Source: Eledone cirrhosa
Lineage: Eukaryota
NCBI GenBank assembly: GCA_964016885.1
Contig: OZ024754.1
Coordinates: 20,336,001 to 20,400,000 of the forward strand
Direction of reading: 5' to 3'
DNA: 64,000 nt
Below, one piece after another: positions 14,200 to 26,699 of this stretch. Below the pieces are notes generated by a model. That model was not told the origin of the DNA, did not search any database, and saw nothing but the letters and a program-made list of their open reading frames with translations. A program made the position numbers and the translations under genes. Numbering within the stretch: position 1 is the stretch's first letter; each line of letters begins with the position of its first letter.

Positions 14200-16420
14200 T
14201 ATAACAGATTATAAAACCCTATAATAATTTTTACTCATTTATGATATGATTAATGTTAGATTAAGGATTCTATATAAATATATTAACATATAGATTGTTA
14301 ACATGATCTCTTGATGAATATGCATATAATTTGATTGGGATTCTTGTTCTTTTTTAAATATATAGCTTATAATGAACCGTAAACCATTCATGCATTTATG
14401 TATTTATGTATTTATTCTTTTGGAGTATGTTAGTTTTAAGATTCAGGATGTTTGATTTATATATTTATATTTATTTATATGGTATATGCATCGCACACGA
14501 TCCTAGTCGACAAACTTTTTCCACTTAACTTGATGTAAAACTTCAATTATAACTTTACTAACAATGATTTTATTATTTATTTATTATATGTATATGGATC
14601 ACTAATATTGTCTTGAGTTCCGAACAGAATACTCTGTATATATTTGGACAAATGTGAATATCTGGTTTAATAACATACTTCTAGCTACATTTATAAGTAC
14701 TTTAGATACTTAAGGACATTCTAGTGTTATAATTGTTAAATATTTTCTAAATTATATAACGATTTTTTTTTTTTTTTTTTTAAATTTAATTAAATTCGGT
14801 TACCTTCGGGTCGATGAAAATCTTAAGTTTTCTCTTTCTCATGTTTGCAGACACTTTAAATATGATATTATACTACAATATAGATCCTTAAAAAATTTTT
14901 TGTATTTTTAAATTATATAGATTAGATATTTGGCACTTATAGGATCGCAAACAATTTACTTATTTACTTTGAATCTGGTTCTTATCCTTATGATTCATGA
15001 GGTTTGATTTGTATATTTATAGTATATATGTATTACATGATCCTAATATAATAATTGATCTAAAACCTTAATTTTAACAATATTAACAGTAACTTATTTA
15101 TTATATTATATTATATTATGTTATGTATAACTGACTAATATCGTCTTGAACTTTAGACAATATACTCTTTGTATATATTTAGACAAATGCGTATATATAA
15201 TTTAATAATACCCTTTTTTAAGTTTAATTATAAGGCCTTTAGATACTTTAGGGCATTCTAATTGTTAATTTTAAATTTTTAAAGTTATAACTGTAATTAT
15301 TTTCTAAATTATATAATGAGAATTATTATTTTAATATAAAAAAAAATTTTTTTTTTAAAATATAATATAAGATATAATATAAGAATTTAATATGGATTAC
15401 CTTCGGGTGGATGAAAATACTAAGTCTCTTCTTTCTCATGTTTGCAAATACTTTAAATATGATTTTATAAATTAAATATGTTAGTATACTTTAATATTAA
15501 TATAGACATTTATAAACTTTTATAGCCTGAAATATTATACCTTTAGATTAATTCATTATTCTGAACTAACATAAATGATTCAAAATTTAACGGTCAGCCG
15601 GATACATTTGGATATATATAGTGTATATAATTAATTGTTAGTATATTTCTAATTAACTAAGGACTCGAAATTAAACCCTCATATAATTACACCCAGATAT
15701 ATTTAATATTTAGATTGATGGATACTTCTAGATAATTCAAAGATTCGAGTTTACTCTTTCACAAAGCTATGCCTAAATGTAAATTCATGTATTTATATAG
15801 ATATATATATGTTTGCATCATCTAATCACACACTATTCATCCACAACAATACAAATCTCCATCCCTATGCTTTATACTTTAAAAATTATTCCTCCTTGTC
15901 TCTCTATCCTTGATCAATTCTCTTTTGCTTTCTATACTTCTAGTAACTATATTTTTTCCTCATCTGTTTCTCTCTGTCGTTCTTCTTTCTTTCTTCTTTC
16001 TTCAATAATTTAAATTATTTGAATCTCTAATAGTTATGTAAATTGCTATTATGTATTTTTAAGCTTTCTCACACGCACCCTCTGTATTATATGTAAATTT
16101 TTTCATGTCTCAATCTTAAGGTATATAAATATTGAGTTTTGTCATATCTTATTCACTACCATGACTGAAGCTTAACCATCTACTAAGTCAGGGTATGTCA
16201 TGCATCATCTTATTTTATCTGATGAGGACGTACTGTTGAAGATAGCTCAGTACCTCTGAAATATGTATAATAAAATATACTTGATCACAAGAAGTTCTAT
16301 TTTTGTTAATATTTTGAATTAATATTAATAACTCCGGAAAACCAAACTGTTGAGTGCTTCCAACATATTGTAAAATTCATTCTTTGATTTATTCATTGAA
16401 CCTTGTTTAACCTTTAAATA
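14200..16420 (+). mobile_element. Highly decayed AT-rich element (PLE-derived?) with a ~600 bp internal duplication and a 3' hammerhead
   Basis: 14440-14870 resembles 14990-15470 (shared TTACCTTCGGGT.GATGAAAAT..CTCATGTTTGCA); hammerhead at 16213. Confidence 0.5.
16213..16275 (+). ncRNA. Type I hammerhead-like motif
   Basis: TTTTAT-CTGATGA-GGACGTACTG..CAGTACCTCT-GAAA-TATGTA-TA-ATAAAA; 6-bp helix I, ~9-bp helix II. Confidence 0.75.
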
Positions 16421-16590
16421 TATATACATACATATACATATATACATATACATATGTGTATATGTATATACACTCTTCCTGCTATATCAAGCGTTAACCT
16501 AGTATGTCCCTTCCATATACTGTACCGATTGTGTTGTTATTTCTGTTTACCTTTTACATACGTATATATATATGTATATATATATATATG

Positions 16591-16927
16591 TATGTAAAAG
16601 GTAAACAGAAATAACAACACAATAGGTACAGTATATGGAAGTTATATATTAGGTTAACGTTTGATATAGCAGGAAGATGGTCTTAACGTTTCGGGCGCTA
16701 GTCCTTCATCAGAAGAAAGAATGAGAAATGAAATAGATTGAGGGGACGGGCGGGATGGAATTGGAAAAAATGCCTATAGATAAAAATAACAGGTCCATTC
16801 ATGTTGAATCTCTTGCAAAACTGTTGGTGCTGGCGTTTTTGTGTATGATTTGTTTTTTAGAAAAGTGGATGATGACAGGCGTCTACCTGAAATGGAAAAA
16901 AAACCGTTTTGTAAAAACCACGTGCGT

Positions 16928-16975
<48 letters not shown>

Positions 16976-16993
16976 TGTGGTGTGGTGTGGTGT

Positions 16994-17067
<74 letters not shown>

Positions 17068-19340
17068 TGTGTGTTATATAGGTTCGTACGAGGCTAAGAA
17101 GAAATGTGTGTGTATATGTGAGTAAAAGAGTGTGTGTGCATGTAAGTACGAAGCTATGAGCAAAAGTATGTTAATATAAGGATGTGTATGTATGTATACA
17201 GAGCAGTGAAGGAAAAAGTGGAGTGAGCATATATAGTCGGTCTGCATTAGTTGTAAGAGAAGCTGCTAATTATCAAGAGAAAGTGATAGGAATCTAGGGG
17301 TTTGATAATGGACGGGGTATTAGAGAAATTGGTGAGATGAGTTGAGTCCAAGAGGGGAATAGGACCCAAGGCGGTGAATCAGACTTTGTTCAGTCCTGGT
17401 GCGCGAGGCCTGTGATCTATGATGTAAAAGGACACCCAGGACTGAAACATGTAGGGAAGAATGACCAGGAGAACAGAAATGACGGGCGACAGGAGTATCC
17501 AAACCGAGTCTGATGTCCCTCAAATGTTCGGCAAAACGTTCCGCCATACGGCGTCCCGTTTGTCCGATATATAAAGACCCGCAAAGAGAAGACCGGAGGG
17601 CATAGACAACGTGGGTGGACGTGCAGGTGAAGGAATGGCGGATACAGAAAGACCCGTTAGGGCCTGTAAGAGTGGTGAGGGTTGAAATAAAGAGACAAGT
17701 GTTGCAGCGGGAACAGGAACAAGAATGAGTGGGGTCGTGGGAGAGGAGGAAAAGGAACTGTGAACCAGGAGGTCGCGGAGGTTGCGGGCGCGCTTAAAAG
17801 CAGTAATGGATTGGTTTGGAAAAAAGCGAGAAGTGACGGGGTCAGAAGAGAGGATATGGAAGGAACAGAGGATATGGCGCCGGAGTGGTAGGGTGATGGA
17901 GTGGTAGGTGAGAGGGAAAGGAACACGGGTGTTGGGAGGGCGGGGTGAGGTGAGAGGGCTGTGGTGCGGTCTGTTTCCCGGGCGCAGGTGAGAGAAGCTT
18001 GGATCAAGGTGGAGGGATGTCCATGCTGGATGAAGCAGGAAGCCATGCGAAGGGAATGGGTTTCGAAATCCTCGTCCTGGTTACAGAGTCGACGAAGATG
18101 GAGGAATTGGGAATAGGCTATGGAGTGTTTGGTGTGGGTTGGATGGTGAAGTCAAGATAAGACTTGGAGTCTGTTGGTTTAATGTAGATAGAAGTAGAGA
18201 GGGTGTGATGAGAGTGATTAATAGATAGAGAAATATCTAGAAAAGCGGAAGAAGAATCGGAGACGGAGGCGGTTAAATTGAGAGCAGGATGGAAAGATTG
18301 GACAAAAGAAAGAAAACAGTCGAACTGTTCTCGTGATAGAGAGGTGGCGCCGATACAGCCGTCGATATAACGACCGTATAGTTCAGGAGTCGATCCAGCG
18401 TACTGGGAGAAGATCTGGGCTTCGACGTAGCCAACAAATAAGTTGGCAGAGTTTGGACCCATTCTGGTTCCCATCGCTACCCCAGAGACCTGCTGGTAAA
18501 ATTCACCCGAAAAAGAAAACCCATTAAGAGAGAGAACAAGCTTAGCCAGACGGAGAAGAGTGGTAGTGCTGGGGTAAGGGGTAGGGCGTAAATCTAAAAA
18601 ATGCTGGAGAGCGCGGAGGCCGTCATCATGAGGGATGACGGTATAGAGAGAAGTGATGTCCAGGGTAAACAGAAGGCGGGAGGGACCAGGAGGGAAGGAG
18701 AAAGAGTTGAAGAGTCAAAGGGCATGATTTGTATCGTGGATGTGGGAGGGGAGATTGCCGACCAACGGGGCGAGGATGGTGTCTAAATATTCAGAAATTA
18801 TTTCGGTGGGGCAGTTGCACGCTGAAACGGTAAGACAGCCAGGATTATTTTGTTTGTGTATTTTTGGGAGGAAGTAGATGGTGGGTGTGCGAGGGATGAG
18901 TACAATAAGGTTGGTGGCTGTGGGGGGTAGGTGAGAGGAGGAGATGAGCTAGTGGATTGTGGAGGACACAAGTTGTTGGTAGCCAGGAGTGGGGTCGGAG
19001 GATAAAGGGCATTAAAAAAGAGTGTTGTGAAGCTGGCGGAGAGCCTCAGCCCTATAGTGGTCAGCGCTCCGAACTACCACAGCGCCACCTATGTCAGCGG
19101 CTTTGATGACAATGTCATCGCGACGCCGAAGGTTGCGAAGAGCGGAGAGCTCAGTTCGCGTGATGTTAGAACGACGAGAATGTTGGTGGAAACAGAACCG
19201 ATTCACAGTACGCCGGCAAGTATCGACAAAGGAGTCGAGGGTGCTGAACTAACAGAGCTCGGCGTCCAATGTGATTGCCGGCGACTGAGACGAGTGAAGT
19301 CATCCGTCTGTGTCGATGATGGCGTGTCATGAAAAAAAGC
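16591..19340 (-). mobile_element. Degenerate Neptune-like PLE with 3' pLTR
   Basis: Peptides SNITRTELSALRNL..IVIKAADIGGAVVV, MGTRMGPNSANLFVGYVE, RYIDG, FLDISLS, KPTDSKSYL, ERFAEHLRDIR, EQSLIHRLG..PLGLN; hammerhead at 16681. Confidence 0.9.
16681..16716 (-). ncRNA. Minimal hammerhead motif of the Neptune-like pLTR
   Basis: Minus strand TCTT-CTGATGA-AGG actagcg CCC-GAAA-CG-TT-AAGA; palindromic AACGTT helix III. Confidence 0.7.
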
Positions 19341-19344
19341 TTTC

Positions 19345-19950
19345 AGCTGGTGTGGGTGGGTGGGTGTGTTCGTGTGCGTGGGGTCGGAGGGATGTTGGAG
19401 GGATGTTAGTGGTATTAGTCGTGGGGTGGTGGGAGTGGATGTGTGGGTGAGGGTTAGTGTGGTAGTAAGGTGTGTGGATAGTGTGAGTGCGTGTATATAT
19501 GTACCGGTGGGTGTGTGCGTGATAGGGGGAAGGGGAGGGCGGAAATATTAGTATTGTTAGTTGGGGAGGGTGGTCGGGGTGGGATGGGGGTGTTAGTATT
19601 GTTAGTTGTGGGGTGGGCGGTGAAAAGGAGGAGTGTGTTAGTGGGGGATATGTGTGTGGGGGGATGAACAGGGCGGTCGAAGGCTAAAGGAATAGGGGTG
19701 GGGAGTTCAAGCCGGGGGGAGTGTGGGTCTGTAGGGTTAAGATGGTGCGTTGTTCGACCCTTAAAAGGGTGGCGGGTGTTCCGTGGCATTGGAGTAGGCC
19801 ACAGACTGTGAGGTGGTGCGCGGAATGTCCAGGGAAGCCAAAGTGGCGGGCGATGGGGGAACTCCCGCCGAGACGAATATCCCAAAGGTGTTCGGTGAAA
19901 CGGTCCGCCAGGCGACGTCCAGTCTGTCCGACGTAGGTTGCGCTACACAT
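19345..19950 (-). mobile_element. 5'-truncated Neptune-like PLE (GIY-YIG end + 3' UTR)
   Basis: ORF 19684-19950 CSATYVGQTGRRLADRFTEH..PPGLN; UTR similar to the start of 49035-49990. Confidence 0.85.
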
Positions 19951-20838
19951 ATATATAAAACTGAGGATGTCTGTCTCTGTGTGTGTCAGTTTGAATCCCT
20001 AAAACTCGAGAACCACCCAACTGACTATTTTCAAACTTTACACATGTAATACTTTCAGGGAGTATTCTGAGCAAAAAAAGTTTCAAATTTTCAATGCCCT
20101 AGAGACCGCATTAGGCGATTTAGCGATCTCTCTCTATAATTCTTAGTCTTTCTCTTTTTAGATAGATACATGCATATAACGTCGCGCCCTTATAATATCT
20201 GTCTGTATGTCTGGCTGTCTGCATTACGTCACTTCCCTGAGGATGTCTGTCTCTGTGTGTGTGTGTGTCTATGAGTTTGAATCCCTAAAACACGAGGAGT
20301 ACCCAACCGATTTCTTTCCTACTTTACATGTGTATTACGTATGTTTCAGGGAGTGTTATGCACATGAAAAAATTCAACTTTTTGATCTCCTAGGGCCCAC
20401 ATTAGGTGGAAAACTGCGTTTTTTAAGGTTTTTAGGGTTTTTTTTAGGCGTTACGTCAGACCGATTTCCTTGAAATTGTAACTATGTATCATTCAATCCT
20501 TTCTTCATACCGTGAGCAAAGAAAATCCAACTTTTTTATGGCCTAGGGTGAAAAACTTCATTTTCCAGCTTTTTAGGGCTTTTTTGAGGCGTTACATCTA
20601 GCCGATTTTTCCGAAATTTCAAGGCATATTATCCACATAAAGAAAATTCATTTTCTTGATCGCCTGGGTGAAAACCGGCATTCTTCCTCCTTCATTGACG
20701 AAAATCTTAAAGATTATCCAGCCATCAGAGTATTTTCTTTACATATTGTCCAGGCATGCAGTTTTTCCACGATTAGGTCTGTGGGCGGCCCGCTTTCCAA
20801 AATATCTTAACCCGTGCAACGCCGGGTACCACTGCTAC
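19951..20838 (+). mobile_element. Non-autonomous Helitron
   Basis: Starts TATATAAAACTGAGGATGTCTGTC; ends with the CCCGTGCAACGCCGGG hairpin + GCTAC; homologous to 30555-31623. Confidence 0.75.
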
Positions 20839-20887
20839 TATATATATCACCTTGATCACCTTGCTAGTATATATATCACTTTGATCA

Positions 20888-20933
<46 letters not shown>

Positions 20934-21441
20934 CACATATACATATATATATATACACACACATCAGTAAGTTCTAATGCACTGGTATATATACATCGTT
21001 TCATGAATAAATAATTCAGGTGTGTCAACATGTTCCATGTACTGTACGTATTCTTAACAAATGTGCAACAGTGTTTGTGTGTGTATATATATATATATCG
21101 ATTATGTATATATCGATTTTGGCTGATGGAATACAAATTCAGAAAGCTTCCACCAATTTTTCTTTGTTTAATTTTTATTCTTCCCAATAAATTGACTTAG
21201 GTATTTCCCCGACACCACTAAAGTCCCTACCTACACCATCACTGTTACCGCCGCTCCCACCACCACTAGCGTTGCCGCGACCACCACCACTACTACTACT
21301 ACTACATCTACGGGTCCGTTGCCACTACCACCACCACCATTTTCTCTATTCATTCTCTTTTTTGGATGAATTGTCTTTAATTTTAGAATGCTTTACTTAA
21401 ATCTATCGGTGTGGGTTGTTGGTGTGAACTGTTCTGGATAG

Positions 21442-21498
<57 letters not shown>

Positions 21499-22026
21499 CG
21501 AAATAGAACAAATTTATTTACACACGCAATCACGCACACATACATACATGCGCGCGTGTATACACAGATACATATGCATACACAGGTACATGCATACACA
21601 TATGCACCCACGCACTCATATACACACTTCACATAGACACGTCACATATATACACATCTTACACATACATGCATGCACACACCGCACATCTTACACATAC
21701 CTCTCATATATGCACACCTTACACATACATATACACACATATACATACATACATACACACATAGACGCATACATACATACATAACCTCATATACACACAC
21801 TCATTTAACCTTCTGCACTCTGCTTACGCGCTTGTCCATCACTCTTAGCAAGGATTAGAATAGGTTTTTAAAAATACGATTCTGTTTTACTTCGGAGCTA
21901 ATTGGTTCTCTAGTCGCTTGATACATTGCTGAAGACAGGCATGGTATGACAATACAAACTACGTATTCCAATCGTGTCTCATCCATCGACTTTTACTGGA
22001 GGTTAAAATTGAAATACCATTTTTAA

Positions 22027-22221
22027 CCCTTCAGCATTTGTATTATTCTATATATATACCATTATATTTTCACGGTAAAGGTTTTACCTCACATAATCAA
22101 CTCACATAATCTAGTTTGAGAACAATACTTTAATATCAGTATGAGTGGCTTGTTTGGCCGGTTTGAACAGAAAGAGATGAGAGAATTCTGGCCGGATACG
22201 GCCGGTTTAAATGCTAAAGGG
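22027..22221. mobile_element. piggyBac-type MITE
   Basis: TTAA-CCCTTCAGCATTT ... AAATGCTAAAGGG-TTAA: terminal inverted repeats and TTAA flanks. Confidence 0.8.
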
Positions 22222-22254
22222 TTAACCTTTTCATTATCATATTTCTAATGAGTG

Positions 22255-22395
22255 ATGGATCGGCAGTAATCAGTAGAGTGTCGGACACCATGCTTGGCAG
22301 CATAGAGTTACGTCCCTTTACGTTATGAGTTCAAATCCCGCTGAGGTTAGCTGTGCCTTTCATCCTTACAGGGTCGATAAAATAAAGTACTAGTC
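22255..22395 (+). mobile_element. tRNA-derived SINE (family of 3733 and 41660)
   Basis: GAGTTCAAATCCCGCTGAGGTTAGCTGTGCCTTTCATCCTTACAGGGTCGATAAAATAAAGTAC. Confidence 0.8.
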
Positions 22396-22399
22396 CCGG

Positions 22400-23760
22400 G
22401 TTCAATCGGGAGTAACCACAGTAAGATACTCAATACATTTATATTTCTTAAGATTTTTTTACTGGCAAGACCAATTTCTGATTTAGCAGGGTTAATGAGT
22501 CTACAACTAGGACTGTTATTGAAATATATTTTGTGGTCTTTCAGTGTAATATAGGCGTTACGTTTAGCTAGGCTTTCAGTTCTATTGTCTAATTTTAATT
22601 TACTTGCAATGTCTTTAGCTTCATTATTATAGGTGTTATTTTTGGCTTTTTCATATTTGGTAGTGATACTATCTGTTAAAAGTTGGTTATATAAATCGTT
22701 ATTTACTTCATATAAGTTTTTAGTCTTATCAGAAAATACAAACTTATTAGAAATATCATAAATATAACATTGTTATATAAATATAACAACATTTTTAACA
22801 GAAACTGTGTCAAGATTAGCTATTCTTGCAGTCCTTCCATAAGATCGAAAATCACCACCGGAAAAACTGAAAGAGGAATCCCAGGATGTTCATGCAGAAA
22901 TGCAGGTGAATGTCCTTTGCAAGGCAAATGCAACATTGAATCTGTTGTATATGAGGCAATTATAAGACCTATTAACACCAACCAACCTTCTATCGGAGAA
23001 CGTTATGTAGGCATGACCCAGGATACCTTTAAAAAGGAGATACTATGCACACGTCGCTTCCCTCCGGCACCAGGATAAAAAGAAAGCTACGGCGCTGGCA
23101 AATAGAGTGTGGGAGATGAAAGAGTGTGGGGGTCCCATATGAAATTGATTGGTCTATTTTAGACCAATCAAAAGAATATGTTAAAGGCACAAGAAGGTGT
23201 ACCTTGTGTGTAACAGAAAAATATAGAATTCTACAAATCTGAAATCTCCCAACACCTGTCTTAACTCTAATTCTAAAATTTTAAAAATTTGCCCACATAT
23301 AAGAACTCATCTCTTTTCTCGGCATCATAATATCATTTTGGACACTTACCCACCTTGAACACTCTCTTACTTTAAACACCCTGGACCTTTACCACACATT
23401 CAACACTTATCTTATATTACGCCCTTATTTTATATTACACCTATTTTGTTCATTTCTTCATTTCCTTTACTTTTACCTTGAACAATCTTATTTTCACCAC
23501 GCACACTCTCTCTCTCTCTCTCTCTCTCTCTATTTTACTTTATTTTACACCCTTATTCTATTTTACACCTATATTATTCACTTATTGACTTCTTCATTTC
23601 CTGAACACTCTCTCTTACTTTAACCACCCTGGACCTTTACCACACTTTCAACACTTTTTTTATATTACACCTATTTTATTCATTTCTTCATTTCCTTTAC
23701 TTTTACCTTGAACAATCTTATTTTTCACTCATTTACTGAGTCCTCTGAGTCCTTAACCCA
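22400..23760 (+). mobile_element. Rearranged Hydra-like PLE: inverted N-terminal RT piece + forward GIY-YIG end and 3' UTR
   Basis: Minus 22440-22750 encodes FSDKTKNLY..LKDHK..CRLINPAKSEIG. Plus 22770-23320 encodes NRNCVKISYSC, CSCRNAGECPL, YVGMTQDTFK, CTLC. Confidence 0.85.
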
Positions 23761-23959
23761 CCCATATATATATTTTCGTAGGTTACCATGTGTATGTATG
23801 CATATAATCGTATGGCCGTAAGTACGCGCTTATGTATCTATGTACGTGTGTATGTATATGTATGTTTATGTACGTATGTATACGTATGTATATGTATGTG
23901 TGTATACATGTATATATTTTTATTTATATTTATATATATATGTGTGTGTGTGTGTGTGA

Positions 23960-24560
<601 letters not shown>

Positions 24561-24708
24561 CTTTATCTACACTCCGGAATACAGAAGGATCAGCAACTAA
24601 GTTTCTTCAACAATTCTTCCATAACTCGTTGAGTAACCTCTCACCGTACGTCAACCATATCCAGTGTAGTAATTAACCATTACTGCATCTAGGATAATCC
24701 TATACCTA

Positions 24709-24739
<31 letters not shown>

Positions 24740-24747
24740 TGTATGTA

Positions 24748-24833
<86 letters not shown>

Positions 24834-25015
24834 TATTTATGTGTGTGTGACTTTTGTTCGCAAAAATTCTTTACATGTAAACCGTTTTTCCATACTTCTT
24901 GCGCCATTTACTATACTTTTTCATATTGTTATACTCGTACGTACATACAAACATATGAAGGGTTTTTTCGTATTTTGCACCCTATGATATAAGCATTTAC
25001 TACAATTCTTAATTA

Positions 25016-25044
25016 TCTATACATATATATAAAACTGAAGTTGT

Positions 25045-25076
<32 letters not shown>

Positions 25077-25854
25077 CTGTGTCTGTGTCTGTGTCTGTGT
25101 GTGTGTGTGTGTGTGTCCTCATTTTGGTAAAGTCTATACAAATCCACATTTCTACTCCGATTGACTTCACACTTGCATTTATATATATTCCTTGCGGTCT
25201 AAAGATATTAACTGCAGCTTTTATTTTTCTATTTTCTGTTGTTAAAGGCGTTTTTTCACTAAAATGTTTAAACCCTTTTTGTCAGATAGTTGGGAAATTT
25301 TGTCTACAATGTTCAAGAGAGACAACTTTTAGTATTTTGAAGGAGTTACTTCTCTTTATAGACTAAACGTACTTCTCTTTATCCCTACTTAAACGTACAT
25401 CCTTCAAATTGTTGATGGTGACCCCAATAGTAACTCCGAAGCGTTCGGCATCCGGTATAACAGTTCGGTCTATATCAGATTGGGTAAATTTTTGTAACCT
25501 TGAAAATATCCAACTAAATTCCTTCATGGTCTCCGCTAATGCAGTCCCACATGCTTACTGCTCTGTAACTATTGCTTTCATTGTACCATAGCACAACAAA
25601 TACATGTTCGGTTTGTCGAATGCCTTTTTACTTAACCCTATCGTCTTGGCTTTCGTGGGTTGAACATTTTACTCTCAGGCACCCAATTAAGTTAAACCCC
25701 TGGTAATCTACGACGAATTATTTTTATAAGCACAAAATGTAGACACCATCCCCAGGCCGAGGTATTGCGTACTTCTCTGTACTGTTTCAGAAAGGAGGGA
25801 TAAACATGCCAATCTATGTTTAGAAGCCCGAGCAACGCCAGGTCATTCTGCTAG
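25016..25854 (+). mobile_element. Complete non-autonomous Helitron
   Basis: A|TC 5' end (TCTATACATATATATAAAACTGAAG), subterminal CCCGAGCAACGCCAGG, 3' CTAG|T. Confidence 0.85.
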
Positions 25855-25941
25855 TATATATATAAAATAAAATATATATAATATATAAATATAAAAAATA
25901 TATGATATATATATATAAAATATATATATATATATATATTT

Positions 25942-26060
25942 ATAGGAAAATGTTTTACCTCGGCGGCAGGCCTCAAGCCGTTTCGACGGCTATTTCTGGA
26001 GTCCAGAAATAGCCGTCGAAACGGCTTGAGCTCTGCCGTCGGGGTCAAACATTTTCCTAT
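25942..26060. repeat. Palindrome of a ~58 bp module also present at ~48151-48208 and ~48303-48361
   Basis: CCAGAAATAGCCGTCGAAACGGCTTGAGCTCTGCCGTCGG..TTTCCTAT in both orientations, centre ~26001. Confidence 0.9.
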
Positions 26061-26699
26061 TACCCACTCTACTACCCTAAGTATTGAGTACTCTGGTGCG
26101 TTAAGGTCCATCTGGTTCCTTACCACACCTCCTTCGTTATATACATATATATATTCGAATCTTCATCCTTGCCGAAGGGTCGTTTGAGAAATGTAATGTA
26201 TTTCACTCCATTTTCTTGTCTCTCCATGTTTTACTCGGTCCATTTACTTAGAATCCAATCTTTCAATTTTATTCGATAATTCTGTCAGACCCTCAAAAAC
26301 GATCTTCTTGTATTTAAACTCTGTTTACTGTTATACGTTTGTTTAATAACCTTCTCGTATTTAAACACTGATTACTGTTATACGTTCGTTTAAATTTTAA
26401 ATTATGGTCGAATTTGTAGGTTTAGATTATAAAAATAACCTTCCCGTTAACTTCCCCATATCACCCGCCCCCACTCGCCACCATTATTAGATGATCCAAT
26501 CATAATTCAGCGGCTTATATGTTTCTCTTACCAATCTCTTACACAAAACCACTGCTTCGGCTATTCACTCCTTAAGTTTAAACCTGGTTGCCTTTGATAT
26601 GCTAGATGGACTATAGAATTCTAGAGAGTATGAAGAATCTGGACACTCAATGACAATGTCAAAGATAAAGATAAATTCACCTCATGTTGCCGGATGAGA

